64,000 nt of DNA from assembly GCF_009914755.1 (NCBI RefSeq), contig NC_060925.1, one strand, 5' to 3'. The DNA is from the human T2T-CHM13v2.0 reference genome, Homo sapiens. A program made the position numbers and the translations under genes. The notes under the pieces were generated by a model. The model saw only the letters and a program-made list of their open reading frames with translations. It was not told the DNA's origin and made no database searches. Positions 11,145 through 25,444 of this stretch are shown here, in pieces. The stretch's first letter is position 1, and each line of letters starts with the position of its first letter.

Positions 11145-13192
11145 CTCACTATTCCTTTTTATTTAGTCTACTAGCTTATTTATACCTCTTATTATATTTT
11201 TAGTGTTTTCCCTGGGGTTTGCAATGCACATTCCTAATTAGAGTCTACCTTCAAATAATATTATGCTTCTTTATGTGTCATATTAGGAGCTTACATTATA
11301 GTCCCAATTTGTCCCTCCCATTATTTGTGTTATTGTTGTCATATATAACATTTTTAAACATTCTATAAACACAATTATGCTTTAAACAATTACTTTTTAG
11401 GGCAATTAAAAATAAGGAAAAATGTACTTTCTATGTTTAGGGCCCTTTTTATTTCCTCTTGTAGATCCAAGATTTTGTTTAATACCATATTCCCCTTGCT
11501 TGAAGAACTCCTTTTAACATTTCTCATGTCTCTGTTGACAACGTATTTCTTCATTTGTTGTTTCCCTGAGAAAGTTTTCAGTTCTACTGCATTTTTGAAA
11601 GCTGTTTCTTCTGGTATAGAATTCTGGGTTGACAGTTTTTTTGTTTTTCTTTCAGCACTTCAAAGATGCCACTCCATGGTCTTCTAGCCTGTGTGGGCTC
11701 TGATGAGGAGTCTACTGTGATTCTCCTCTTTGTTTATCTCTGTATAGTGTTCCTTCTTTTCTCTGTCTGTCTTCGAGATGTTTTCTTTGCCATTTTTTTT
11801 TCTCCAGCATGAATATGATTTGCCTAGTATATATGTGTGTATATGGGTGGGGGGGTGGTGGGAGCTATTTCTTCTGCCTGATAGTCTTTGAGATTCATGG
11901 GTATGTGGCTTTTTTGTCTCATTGATTTTGGGAAATTCTTGGCAATTATTTTTTCACATGCTGTTTCCGCCACATTTTCTCTCTCATCTCCTTCTCCAAC
12001 TCTCAATTACACATATGTTAGATTGTTGGATATTGTCCCATTGCTCTTGGGTGTTCTCTTCCTATATTTTTTTCTTCTTTTTCTTCACTCTTTTTTCTGT
12101 TTGTGGTTCAGTGTGGGTAACTCCTATCAATATATCTTCATGTTCCCTGATCCTTTCCTTAGCTGTTTCAGTTCTGCTGAGGTACTCTGGAAGCCATTTT
12201 TCATCTGAGCATGCATGTTATCCTTTAAGGTGTTAATCATAGTTATTTTAAAGTCCCTGTCATATAGTTCCAGCATCACTGTGATGTCTGCATCTGGTTC
12301 TGCTGATTCCTGTGTGCCTTACAGGCCTCGTGATGTTTTTGTTGAAAGCTGGACCTTTTGGCTCAGACAGTAGAGACTGAGGAACATGGTTTTTATGCCT
12401 GGAATCGGACACCCTTCCTGATGCTTTAGTGACGGGTTTGAGTTACTGCAGTCAGGAGTTGGGCTGGATGTGAGATTTGTTCTTGTTCTGTTTATCCTCA
12501 TTGCACCACAAGCTTCCAATTCCTGTGGTGAGGCCTGTGTTCAGGGTGGAGATTGGGTTGCCAGCACCATGTCTGTCTGAAGCTGTGCATGGGGCCATCC
12601 CTTTAACTGGACCTCAGACATTCCCCTCCCTGCAGCATTCTGCACTTGCTCCTTGCTTGAAGCTTGTTAGCTTGGTTGGGGGTGTGGGGCCACTGGGGTG
12701 TATTTTCTGTTGCTCTGATTAAGCCTGTCTTAGTTCAACCAAGTTTCCCTGCGTCTCAGGGTGTGGCCCTCTGAACTCTCCTATCCCTCACTGTAGTTTT
12801 GGGCCCACTGAGTGCTCCTTTCCCCTTTCTCAGGAAGAAAGATCCCCTTCTTCTCTTCCCCTCAACTGAAATAAGCTTTCACCAGTGCCTGAGGGACAGT
12901 AGTTCTTATTCCCGTTTTCTACCTAGGTGAAGGCTTTTGTTTCATTGGAGAGAAAGGCTGCCTGAGTATAATTTTTTGTAGCTTCTCCTTGTCTGAACTG
13001 TAACAGACACTTTCTTATACCTCTTTCTGACCTTTCCTGTGAGCATGCCCTGGGTTCTAGAAAGAGCCTGAAAGTTGGCGCAGACTCCTCGATTTGGGGG
13101 CTTCACACTGTCCAGCCAGCCTGCACCTGGCCTTCACTAACTTTTTAATTATTCTAGCTGAACTCTTCTGACTACTTTCTGATGCATCTACC

Positions 13193-13734
13193 TGTGAAAG
13201 GAAAATAAATCTCAGACCGCCAAATCACTAAGCCAAAGGGGAAAGTCAAGCTGGGAACTGCTTAGGGCCAACCTGCCTCCATTCTATTCCAAAAGAAGAT
13301 AGCTATTAAGATAAAAACAACAACAACAACAACAAAAACTATATGCCTGCCTTGCAATTTGTGGAAAAAGGAAAGACAGAACTCAGTCCTCCCTCTGCTC
13401 ACTGAGATAAATGCGTATCTGATTGCTTCCTTTGGAAAGGCTCATCAGAAACTCAAAAGAAGGCAACTATTTGTCTCTTATCTACCTATGACCTGGAAGC
13501 CCTCTCCCCGCTTCGAGTTGTCCCGCCTTTCCGGACTGAACCAATGTACATCTTACATATATTGATTGATGCCTCATGTCTCTCTAAAATGTATAAAACC
13601 AAGCTGTGCCTGGCCACCTTGGGCACATGTAGTCAGGAACTCCTGAGGCTGTGTCAGGGGCGTGTCCTTAATCTTGACAAAATGAACTTCCTAAATGGAT
13701 TGAGACTTGTCTCAGATATGCTTTGGTTTTTATA
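13193..13734 (+). mobile_element. MER4A-family ERV1 solo LTR
   Basis: tgtgaaaggaaaataaatct...aaatcactaagccaaagg...gagacttgtctcagata; near-TSD tacc/ttcc. Confidence 0.85.
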
Positions 13735-14074
13735 TTCCAGGGGAGGGAGTATTTCCGTCTCCTTTCTCCCTGCAGCCTTCTATCTCTCCTCAGATTTGGG
13801 GCCAGTTGTTTGCCCTTTGACTTTACTTCTTTGATGCGTTTGAAAAAAAAATGAAGTCATGAATTGGAAGTTAGTTTAGCTCTTTTTTATTTAATGGTGA
13901 GCGCATATTTTTTCAGGTTGAGGGAATTTGTAACTTCAGGTGCACAGCCTCATTTTTATATCATTTTCAACCAGGGTTTGCAGAATTCCTATCTGTGTGG
14001 GTCACCTGGATTCTTCTCAGAGGAGACGGGGTTCCCCGGCTTTCTCTGTAGAGTGGTCCCATGGGAAGGACCAA

Positions 14075-14190
14075 CAGCAGAAGGCCTGGGTTCAAGTCCC
14101 AACTCTGGCCCTGACTCACCAAGTGACTTTGGGCAACACCCTGGCCCACCCTGGGCTTCAGTTTTCTCTTTAAAAAAAAAATGGATTCAG
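14075..14190 (+). mobile_element. MIR SINE remnant
   Basis: cctgggttcaagtcccaactctggcc...gtgactttgggcaa...cttcagttttctc. Confidence 0.7.
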
Positions 14191-14764
14191 TTATTTCCAG
14201 GACTTCTTACAGCTGGACATTCTTGTATGTTTATAGCTGCAACATGCCCTCACCTGCCTGGAAATAACACACTTGATTCATTAAGAGAACTCTGCAGAGG
14301 CTCTATTATGCACCGGGCCCTGAGATGGATGGATGGGAACCCCATCAAGTCACACTTTCCATCCCATGGGGAAGGGAGATGCATGGAATAATGACTTCAA
14401 CATGGTGGGCAGAAGGCCAGAGCAAGATCAGCTCCAAGGATGTCCATTTCAGGTGTTCTGGAGAGCTCCCCAGGAGCCTGGGCACATTTGCTCTGTGGCC
14501 TCAAGACCCATCCCATAAGGCCCCTTCTGCCAGGCCTTGGGCAAGCTGTCCACTCCCTGGGGCTGTTGCCTGGTCTGTAAAATCCAGATCTCCATTCAAA
14601 AGCTGGAAGAGGCTTTCCTAGGCCCCCAATCTAAGTAGCCACGTAGTCCTGCCTTCCTTTCTTCATAGCACCTCTCGCTCTTTGATATTATACTATTTAT
14701 CTGTTTACTTGTTTTTTTTATCTGAATGCTATTAATCCTATCCACACCAAATGTGAATCTTCAG

Positions 14765-15460
14765 TTCATTCATATAATAAGTATTTATGTCTCAGTCAAT
14801 GTTCTAGGAACTGGGTATTTAGCAGTGAACAAAACAATCATCATCACTATCCTTCTAGAGCTTACATTCTTGGGATGGCAGCCAATAAATAATGTAAATA
14901 AAATATTCAGAATATGCCAGATAGTGACAGTGGTAACTGATGAGGAGACATCAGGCAGAGAGGAGGGCTAAAGAGTGTCGGGAGGTTGGGGTGCAGTTTT
15001 ATACGGGTGATCAGGAAAGGTCTCACTGAGGACTCACTTGGAGACAGCCCCAAAGGCTGGGAGCCATGAGGACATCTGGGGTGGGCAGCCCAGGCAGTGG
15101 AAGCCACACGTGCAGATTCCCAGAGGTGAGAGTGAGCCTGGCATGCTCCAGGGTCAGCAGGGAGGCCCAGGTGGCTGGAGGACAGCAAAGAGGGGTAGGG
15201 GGTGAGGTCAGAGAGGTCACAGGGTCTGGGACCAGGGAAGGACTTGGGCTTTAACCTGCAGAAGCTGGGCACCCATGGAGGGTGTGAGCAAGGAAGGAAG
15301 TGGTGGCAGGGGCATTTTTAAAGGCTCCTTCCTGCTGCTAGGTGGAGAGGAGACCACAGTGGGTAAGAGTGGCATCGAATCTGGGAGATGATCCGGCATC
15401 TCTGGCAATCATCCCGACAGTGGGTGACAGCGCACAGAATCAGCGTGGAAGCGGGAGGGT
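14765..15460 (-). mobile_element. L2 LINE remnant
   Basis: ttcattca...gcagtgaacaaaaca...gagcttacattct...gtgatcaggaaaggtctcactgagg, L2 3' region in reverse. Confidence 0.8.
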
Positions 15461-17787
15461 TAGAGACGATGAATTAAAAGGCACCTGACACAGTGCTGGT
15501 GCACAGTAGGACCTCAGGCGATGGTAGCTATGATGATCCGCATATGGAAAGTCCTAGGAGCCATGAATTGGAATCTCCCGGCTGCCTGACCTCACCTGAG
15601 TTCATTTCTCTCGAGGGGGTGGAAAGTCAAGCCCTTGGGCTGTAAAAAGAAATGACCCATGAAGCTGAGCAAGGAGGAAGTCTCCTGCACTGGAGAAAGA
15701 CAGGAGGGCAGGATTATAACAGTGATGAAATGTTAACATTTCACATGTTCAACACAAGCTTAAATTACACGCATTCAGATCGTTTCTGAGGGAAAGGTAA
15801 TCTTTAAAAGCTATTTTCTTTTTCATGGTAAAAAAAAAAAAAGATACATAAAAAAGGTTAAGCAGCAAACTAAGTATGTGGTAGCTTGAATTTTCTCAAA
15901 TGAAACCCTTTCTTCCTGTAGTATATTCATTTGATGGGACTTTGAACTAGATGTAATGCCACATCCATACAGAAGACAGATCACATCACGTGTTTTCTTT
16001 TGGAGAGAAACTGACAGCCACTTTAGGTTTTCAAAAATACAGCTTTTAAGCCGTGGAAGTAATTCTAAAAAGAAAACAAACAAACAAAAAGCAGCCTCAG
16101 GGCAAATTAGCCTCCAGCTGTGGAAATCCAGGTTGCTGCCTGTTAGCTTTTGATCTTGGAGAGAGTATCTGGCAAGCAAAGCAAGCAAAGTTGAAGGAGA
16201 CCCCAGGGAGCTGCCAGACAGAGGCTGCAGAGACCCCAGGGGTGCTGGGCTGGGACTCCTGGGTGGCTGTGCCACAACCAGCGGGGCACCTTGAGCCCAT
16301 TGTCTCGCTCTGTGCCTCAGTTTCTCCAGTGTTTAGAACAATGGGGTTGGACTCATCATTCTCTGAAATTCCTTCCAGGTTTACATTTTTAAATTAGTCA
16401 AAGTTCAAGGACAATAATGAGGGGCAGTGCAGGGAAATGGAATCCTGGTGAGTTGAGGATTATGTAATTTAAGGAAAAAAAGTGAGGAAATACACCATCC
16501 TGTCTTTCCCATGGTGACAATGACTCACTCCCACATAAATGGAAAGATCAGAGTTTGCTAAACATCTTCCCACCCATTGTCTCCTTTAATCCTCCCCATA
16601 ATTCTAGGAGGTGGATCTTTTCACTCAATTCATCACTGTGGAACCTGAGACTCAGAGAGGTGAGGGACCTGTCCGAGGTCACCCAGGATGGGAACTGCAG
16701 GTCTCCGGGCTCCAGAAGACATGTTCTCTCCCTACTCCAGATGCCTAAGTGCTGAGTCCTTGAAATACAAAATGAGGGACGTGAGGCTGCTCTGCCCCTT
16801 TCTGAAGAGGCCCCCAAAGCTGAGGCTGAGAGGAACTGCAATGTGGGCTTGCAGAGAGCTGGCATTGCTCTCCCAGGGCCGTCACAGAAAGCTGCTTGGG
16901 CCTGAGACCACAATGAGACACCTCACTCTTTTTTCTGGGTCTAGGCAGGGACTCTCTGGGAGATGAGGTCTTCAAGGCCAACACCTGTGCGGTTGGCTGC
17001 TGGGAGAATCACCATCCACAACCCCTCTAACCCTGGGATCAGGGACCCCAAAAGAGGGGCACGTTTGCCTGTAGAAGGTGGACCCCAGCCCACATGCTGG
17101 GGAGGAACACGGACATGCACCACCTCAGGGTCACCTTTGGAGTTTGCCTCTTCCAGACCCACTCACATTGACCCACTGTAGCCTGATCCCAGTGTCCTGA
17201 GCTGAGTGTCTTCCACACAGTGGGTGCACACGGGAGCTGAGGCAGATCGGCAAGGCAGCGAAGATCATCTTGTCTGTTTTTGGAGCCCAAAACCAATCTC
17301 AAAATAAAATATTTCATCAACAATTGATGACCAAACCCTTCCTTTGACACATCACCATTTCTTGCTTACACCCTGTGCCGGGTTGGGAGGTGCAGTGAGA
17401 TGGAAGCCATGGGAAAAGGGTGTCAGCCTGCTGTGGCCCCAGGCGAGATTCGTGGAGGCGAGAATCACCCTGGGTCTTCTGCCCCCACCCCAGGCCCTTT
17501 CCAGCCAATCTCTATTTCTAACTGCCATATGTCTTCTCAACTCAAACTCAACATGTCCAAAACTCTACCTGTTCAAAACAGCTCATCATCCTTCCATTCC
17601 AGCCCACCCCTTGCCTGAATCCCCAGCCACCAAGATTGACACCACAGCCTTCTCAGTCACCTGGGCTTGGAAGTTCAGCATCCCCATAAAATTCAGTTCC
17701 ATTTACAAGTCACTTACTAGGTGCCATAGCCATTGCTAATCTCCCAAATGTCCTCTAAGATGTGCCTTCTTGCCCACATTTTACAGT

Positions 17788-18092
17788 TATGGCAGACGCT
17801 ATTGATGTCCCAGCCACAGCCCTGGCCCCACCCTATTAGTCCAGGCCTGACTTCTAAGGATCAGCTCCTGAAATTCATTACCTGAAGGCTTTCTAAGCTC
17901 ACTCTGACCTCCTATGGGGCAGGTCAGAAGGGCCAGGGAATTAACACTCCTGGCAATAGCCTTCAATCAGGGACCAGCAGGAACTGGGGTGTTAATGCCC
18001 GTGTTCCCTTGATCTTCAGGCAGGATCACTCTGAGACATGTGTTCTGTGTCCCAGACTTTTCTCAGCAGAATTAAGCCCTGAATACCCACAG
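17788..18092 (+). mobile_element. ERVL LTR16-like fragment
   Basis: ggggcaggtcagaagggccagggaattaacactcc...actctgagacatgtgttct...gaattaagccc resembles LTR16C. Confidence 0.6.
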
Positions 18093-18369
18093 GATGGGAA
18101 GACAGCCAGGCCAGACCAGGCCCAGAAGACATCATCCAGAGTGGCCTGAGGATGTGTCACCAGGACAAAAAGACAAGATCAAGGCTGGAAGGCACTAACG
18201 GCAGGACCCGGGGGAAGGGAGACCTGCACCAAAGCCCTGGAGAGGGGCAACATCTTGGAAGGAGGACTGAGGAGCTGGGCCAGAGGGACCGGAGACAGAT
18301 CACGTTCGACGCAAGGTCATGGGGAGTGTGGGTAGCTCAGGGGCAAGTCCGTGGGCAAAGGTGAATCCC

Positions 18370-19190
<821 letters not shown>

Positions 19191-19299
19191 AAAGGTCCTA
19201 GGGCTTTTGTTACCAAAGGCCCAGAATGTGCAGGATGGACACGTATGGAATCACATTGGAACAGACACACCCAATCCACGCTATTACCAGCAATCTACA

Positions 19300-19680
19300 T
19301 ACAACTGAACGTTGTATGAATGAATGAACAAGTGTGTAAACTCATAAACAAGAAACATAAATGATGAATGAATGCATGAAAGAGATAGTGAATGAATGAG
19401 TACATCTGGTAGTGAGTGAATGAATGAACTCATGAAATCAGAGATGACAAAATGCATTGCTGGTGAGTACTGAGTGCACAATGACAACAGAAGGAAGAAT
19501 GAATGAATGAAAGGACAAATGATGGAAGGAGGAGTGGAGGAAACAGAGCGAAGGAAAGAAGAAATTAACATGAATACATGTGGTCAATGGATGCAGGAAA
19601 TAATCATAAAGAAATAAACAAAAGCTATTTGAAGAGGTGAATCATAAGAGCCCGTAAGTGAACAAGTGAGTGGATGTTTG
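19300..19680. repeat. Degenerate (TGAA)n low-complexity tract
   Basis: Many tgaatgaatgaa blocks. Confidence 0.7.
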
Positions 19681-20349
19681 GACACAGATGGAAAAGCATG
19701 CGGGTGCCCCGACAGACAGGAGGGGAAGGCAAGTCAAAGGGCAGCAAAGCCCCCAAAGTCCAAAGAAAGTGTCTCTGCCCAGACATGCAGGCCAAGACCC
19801 TGGCGACTCGGTGCAGAAGTTCCCAAGGAGCCCTCATGTCGGCTGTAAAGGAACACTATTTAACAAACACCGGTGGAAGCTTCGGAGGATGCTACTCAAC
19901 AGGATTAACTCCAGTTCTGCGGAAACAGCTAAAGAGAATTGACTGCATTGTTTTCCCAATTAGGCCAAAGATAATTACCTATTATGTGGCAACCCCCTGG
20001 CATGATTTTAATAATCACTATTTAAATAGCACATTTTTACTGTCTCCTTGCAAATTACCCTCCGGGAGGTATAATTAATGTCCGTGTGGGAAGCTTGGCC
20101 ATGTGGCCTGGGAATGAGGATGGGTTGAAGCTGTGGCTGTGATCGCCCTGTGGTATCCGGAGGCCAGGTGATGCTGAGGCCGGAGCTCAGGTTTGGGGAC
20201 TCAGAAAACCTGGGTCCAGGACATCAGACAAGTCTCTCCCCATCTGGGCCTTGGTCACCTTCTCTGTAAAACTAGGATGGTTCCTAAATTCCCAAACTCA
20301 CTAGGACATTAGGAGACCTCACTCTAGGCCTGAAACAGGGTCAGCATTA

Positions 20350-20350
<1 letters not shown>

Positions 20351-20396
<46 letters not shown>
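20351..20396. repeat. (AC)23 microsatellite
   Basis: Perfect dinucleotide run. Confidence 0.98.
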
Positions 20397-20398
<2 letters not shown>

Positions 20399-22276
20399 CC
20401 CATCATGTCCTCACCACAAGGGCACATGTCTCACTGTGAGAGGGGTCTTCTCTTGATGTGTTTCCCCAGACTGAGTGTGGGGACTGATTCCCGCTCCTCA
20501 GTGCATCTCGGCAGCAGCACCGGGCCTGGCACATAGTAGGTGCTCCGTAAGCACTGGCCCAGGGAATGAATGAATGATCTTAGTGTATAGTGCATGTTTT
20601 AGGAGCTGCCCCGAGTCCCTTTCAGAACAACTGTAGTTTGATAAACAGGTGCCTCTCACCGCATGTCTTCATGTCACTTGTCACTTCTCCAGCCATCCCT
20701 TGCTCCCTTGACTCTCCCGGTGTCCACCTATCTCGACCCCTCCTGCCGTGTGCTGCCTGTAACACCGGGTGGGCCTGGGAAGCATGGAAACAAGCAGGGG
20801 GCTTGGGAAGAAAGTGAGAATCGATGGCTCTGAATGGGGCCATGGGGTCTGCGCTGAGTGAAAGCCCAGGAAGAGACAACGCGTCTCCGGGTCTCCACAT
20901 CGACCCTGATGCCACCGACATTGACAAGAGGTCAGCCGGTGGATCTCACCCTGCAGGGCTGATGGGTGGAGTCTTGCCTGGAGGGGCTGGGGAGGATCCA
21001 GGTCCGTTGACAAGGACTCGATGCTGCCCTGCTGTCCCTCGTGTGGACTGAACGCTGTGATTCGGGTCTGCATCTGTGATTCTGGGATTTCTTCCTGCTC
21101 CTAGATGTCTGTTTTCCTAAATAACCCATCCCATTCAACTATCTTCTTGCTCTAAGGTAGTGGAAACCGCGCCTACCTGGGTCCCACCTGCAGAGGATGA
21201 ACAGCCCCTCGTCACTCACCTGTGTCTGACCCTGCTGATGCTTTGCTTCTCTGCCCTGCACCCACTTCTTCCAGCTTGGGTGACAGTCACACCTCCCCAG
21301 TCAGGCCTGATGGGATTGGCCCAGGCAGGGGTGCAAGAGAGGGAGGAGGCCAGTCTGAGAGGGAGGCAGGCGCCCACTGCAAGGGGCCCGGATTTCCATG
21401 GCGAGGAGCATGGACTTCATCCCGTGAGCAGCGAGGACAGGCAGAGAGAGCACAACAGACAGCTCTGTGGCTAAACTTAGCAGATTCCATGTCCAGGACC
21501 CAGGAACCTGGAGGTAGCCCTGGTGGGCCCAGGGAATCATGTGATCATGAGTTACCTTGGGGTCTATCACCTGTAGCACCCCCAGTGGTTCCAGGGCCAA
21601 CATGTCTCCCCACCTTGGCTGATGGCATTGGGCGCAGAGATGCAGTGACTGCCCCAGCCAGTCATCTGCACAGGTTCTGTCCAGCAGGGCCATTCTGACT
21701 TGGATTCCCCAAAACCCTCTGCTCTCCCGTAGCAAAGTCCAGCCTCAGGGGCCACCCCAGCATGTCCCCCAGGAACTAGATCAAGGGAACTCCGCTCACC
21801 TTCATGAACAGCCAAGGACACCCCAGGCCACCTGTGAGTGGGGGAGCCACAGGTGACCCGACTCCTCCTCTGTTTGCCATGTTCTTCAAATTATCCTTGA
21901 TCATCACAAATTGCCCCTAAAGATATAGGAAGAAGTTATTTGTTTAAAAAAAGAAAGAGACAGAAATAGGCAGAGGTAGCTCCTATAAAATCAGATCAAG
22001 TTTCCTTCTACACAATTAAACACAGGCATTTAAAATGCTCTTTCCCACAAAGCACTGGCCCCTGTTAGAGAGGATTATTTGATAATGAAGGGACTGGAGG
22101 TTTCTGGAAATGTAAAGAGCAGAAGAACCAGGGGCTTCAGAGCTACACAGACCTGGATTTGAGTCTCAGTCAAGCCACATCCTTGGGCAGGTTCACTTCA
22201 CCTCCCAAACCTCCCTTCCTCATTTCTGACATGATAGATGACATTGCTCTCAGAGGCTTGTAGGGTGTGTTTAAGT

Positions 22277-22490
22277 CAGGGTTTCCCAGCCTCAGCATTT
22301 TTGACATTTGGGGCCAGGTCATTCCTTTTGGGCAGGCTGCCCCACATGTGGCAGGATACACGTCCTCTGCCCACTAGATGCCAGCAGCACCGTCCCCCCA
22401 ACCCCTTCCCCAGTTGCCGCAGCCAAAAATGTCTTCAGACATTGCTAAATTTTCCCTAAGGGGAAAATCAACTCCGGTTGAGAACTACCA
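22277..22490 (-). mobile_element. MER20 hAT-Charlie DNA transposon
   Basis: cagggtttcccagcctcagca...cccactagatgccagcagcac...aaaatgtcttcagacattgc...ggttgagaactac; degenerate 8-bp TSD gtttaagt/ctttaaat. Confidence 0.88.
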
Positions 22491-23272
22491 CTTTAAATGC
22501 AGAAATGTGAGTTAAAAGGTGCAGTTTCTGGGATATTTCAAACATTCAAACAGTGGTGGTTGTTACTGAGACTAAGTGAAAGGTACAGCAGAGGCTGCTG
22601 GGAGAGATGCTTCTCGCCTTTTTGTCCCTTTGGAAATTTCCTGATGGACTGCTTGAGCCACCTAGATAATCTCTTATTCTGATAAACTGAAGCTTGGCTG
22701 CAGAAAGCATTGCCGTCAAAAGAGGGAAAGAAAAAAGACACTCACACCGTGACGTCCATAAAATTCATTTCCTATCCAAGACCCTGGGAGCAAGGGGGTG
22801 AAGGCAGCTGCTTACCATGCCTGTGGCCTCTGCACCAAGGACTGGACAGGCAGTGTCTCACTGTGTCCCCACAACAGCTGCAAAGGGGCGTCATCCTCCC
22901 ACTGTACACATGAGGAAACTGAGACCCAGAGTGGTGATGTCACTTCAATGACAGATTTTTACTGAGCACTTACTGCCTGGGACCCAGCAGTGACTAAGAC
23001 AAAGTCCCTGCCCTCATGGAGCTGGTGTTGTGGTAGGGAGATGCAGATCATAAGAGATGAGGACATAAAATATGTCAGACAGCAGTAAGTGCTAAGGACA
23101 CAAAGCTGGAAGTCAGGGGCCTCGTTTGTCCTGATGAAAAGCTTGCTCCTGTCCTGACACTATGAAGCCAGCACATCCGGTCCTTCTCAGAGCTGCTTTC
23201 TGCTGGGGAGGCTCCCGGCATGAAGAACATTGTGTGGGAATAATGGATGCATGAAGTAGGACCCAAGGACCC

Positions 23273-23327
23273 TTCATTTATTCATTCATTCATTCATTCA
23301 TTCATTCATTCATTCATTCATTCATTC
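23273..23327. repeat. (TTCA)n microsatellite, probably derived from an L2 tail
   Basis: About 13 TTCA units followed by L2-like sequence. Confidence 0.95.
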
Positions 23328-23559
23328 CCAGGGCCCAGCCCTGGGTATAAATCAGTGAAACCAGACAGACAAGCCCCTTCCCACAGCTCACACCCCAGCC
23401 GGGGCATGAAGCCTACAAGTCAGTGCAGATCAGCAAGGTGACACCAGCTCGTCGCTTCCCTAAGCCTCGGGCTCCTTGCCTGTGCAACAGAGGTGAGAGC
23501 AGTGAACACCAGCCAGCATGGGTCATGATAATAGCAGGAGCCACCGCTCATTGACTGGA

Positions 23560-24130
23560 CGCCCTGTGCTGGGAACACTGCCGACGGCTCGCACACCTCA
23601 TCTCTGCCCAGCCTCGTGACTGCCCTGTGCACCATAAGACACAGATGAGGAAACTGAGGCCCAGAGAGGTGACTTCAACTGGTCAAGGTCATAGGGTCAA
23701 CAGGTGGCTTCAGGATCAGAAGACTCCAGCTGTGTCCAGGCTCAGCCATTCCCCAGCTGCGTGACCTCGGCAAGCCTCTCACCTAGAAGCCTCGGTTTCC
23801 TAATCAGCAAAATCTTCAGCAAAGTGAAGATGACAGTGGCCCTGCCTCATGGGGCTGTTGGGAGGGTTATGTGAGATGGCATATGGGATGCACTTAGGGC
23901 TGTAGCTGGTGCAGACTCACATAGTAATAGTGCTAGCAACCCGCCCTTGTGTGGTGCCTGCTGAATTCGATCCTCATGATAGCTCTTAAATGGAACGTGC
24001 TATTATAACCCTTTAACAAAACGTGCTATTCTCTCCAGTTTACCGATGAGGAAATCAGGGTCAGAGAGGTGATGTCATTAATTAAGTCGTTTGCCCAGTG
24101 ACACACAGATGTGAAAGGCAGAGTTCAGGA
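23560..24130. mobile_element. Cluster of three MIRs (-, +, -)
   Basis: acagatgaggaaactgaggcccagagagg (23641); gctgcgtgacctcggcaag...cctcggtttcct (23757); taccgatgaggaaatcagggtcagagagg (24041). Confidence 0.8.
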
Positions 24131-24139
24131 TGCTACCTT

Positions 24140-24950
24140 CTTATTTTGTGCTGTCAATGGCAAGGATTTTTGTGTTGACTTTTGCTTTTATTCTTTGTGT
24201 GTGTGTGTGTTTCTGCTTGGCTCACTTCCTGACGCCCATGCATATTGATCAGGTTTTGTTTATTCTCTTTTCCCTCTACTGGCTTGGAAATTACATTCTA
24301 TTCTCTTCTTTAATTGATCAGCTTAAAAATCATAATAAGCACACTTGACTAACACAGTCTAAAGTAAATCAATATCTCTCTCCTCCCTCAGAACCACGCA
24401 GTCTTTAGAATGCATTAACTCTGATCTCTCTCTCCACCTCAAAGCTATGCAACCCCGACCCGTGCTTCCATCTTCCACTATATACCCACAATCGTTGGGA
24501 TTATTATTGCTGTTGCTGCTGTGTTTATGTCCTATGGTCAGCCCCAAATTGACCCATTCTTTCCTTCACTACTGCTGGTTTGATTCCTTCCTTGTTTCTT
24601 CAGGCAACATCTTTCCACCTGAGTGATTTTTTTTTATTAGTTCTCTTAACAAGGGCCTCTGAGTGTGTCTTAGCCTGAAAATGTCTTTCCTCCTCACTCA
24701 GCTTGGCATGATAATTTATCTGGGTCTAGAATTCTACTTTGCTTATTTCATGTGACACTAAAAATATGATTCCCTGGCTTTCTGTCTCATGTTGCTCTGA
24801 GAACCTGCTGCCTGCTCCTCCTTCCTTGGTAAGTAATCTGTCTTCTCTCTGGCAGCTTTTAAGAAACCTCCTCTTTTCTTGGTGTTCTACATTTTCACTA
24901 CAGTGCTTGCTCCATCGTAGTTTTAATTGGGTGCATCCTGCTGGGGATTC
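24140..24950 (-). mobile_element. Very old L1-related remnant (HAL1/L1ME-like)
   Basis: T-rich; acttgactaacacagtctaaagtaaatcaatatctctc; ggtctagaattcta; tctctctggcagcttttaag. Confidence 0.55.
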
Positions 24951-25110
24951 ATAGAGATGATTAAAAGGGAAGAGTCACTGGTCCATGGGCTGGAGGAAGG
25001 ACGTTTGCCAAAAAAATATCAGCATGCTGTTGATATTAATACCAATTAATGAGCATTACAGCTAACAGAAGTGACTTGAAGGGTTTACTATGTGTCAAGC
25101 ACTATTATAA

Positions 25111-25444
<334 letters not shown>

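Larger units (their letters stand above)
10660..13930 (-). mobile_element. Ancient L1 (L1MC/MD-type) 5'UTR-ORF1 remnant, interrupted by MSTA and MER4A
   Basis: T-rich strand; minus ORF 11824-12006 (VGEGDERENVAETACEKIIAKNFPK) resembles L1 ORF1p (GVPEGEERENGAEKIFEEIMAENFPN). Confidence 0.75.
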
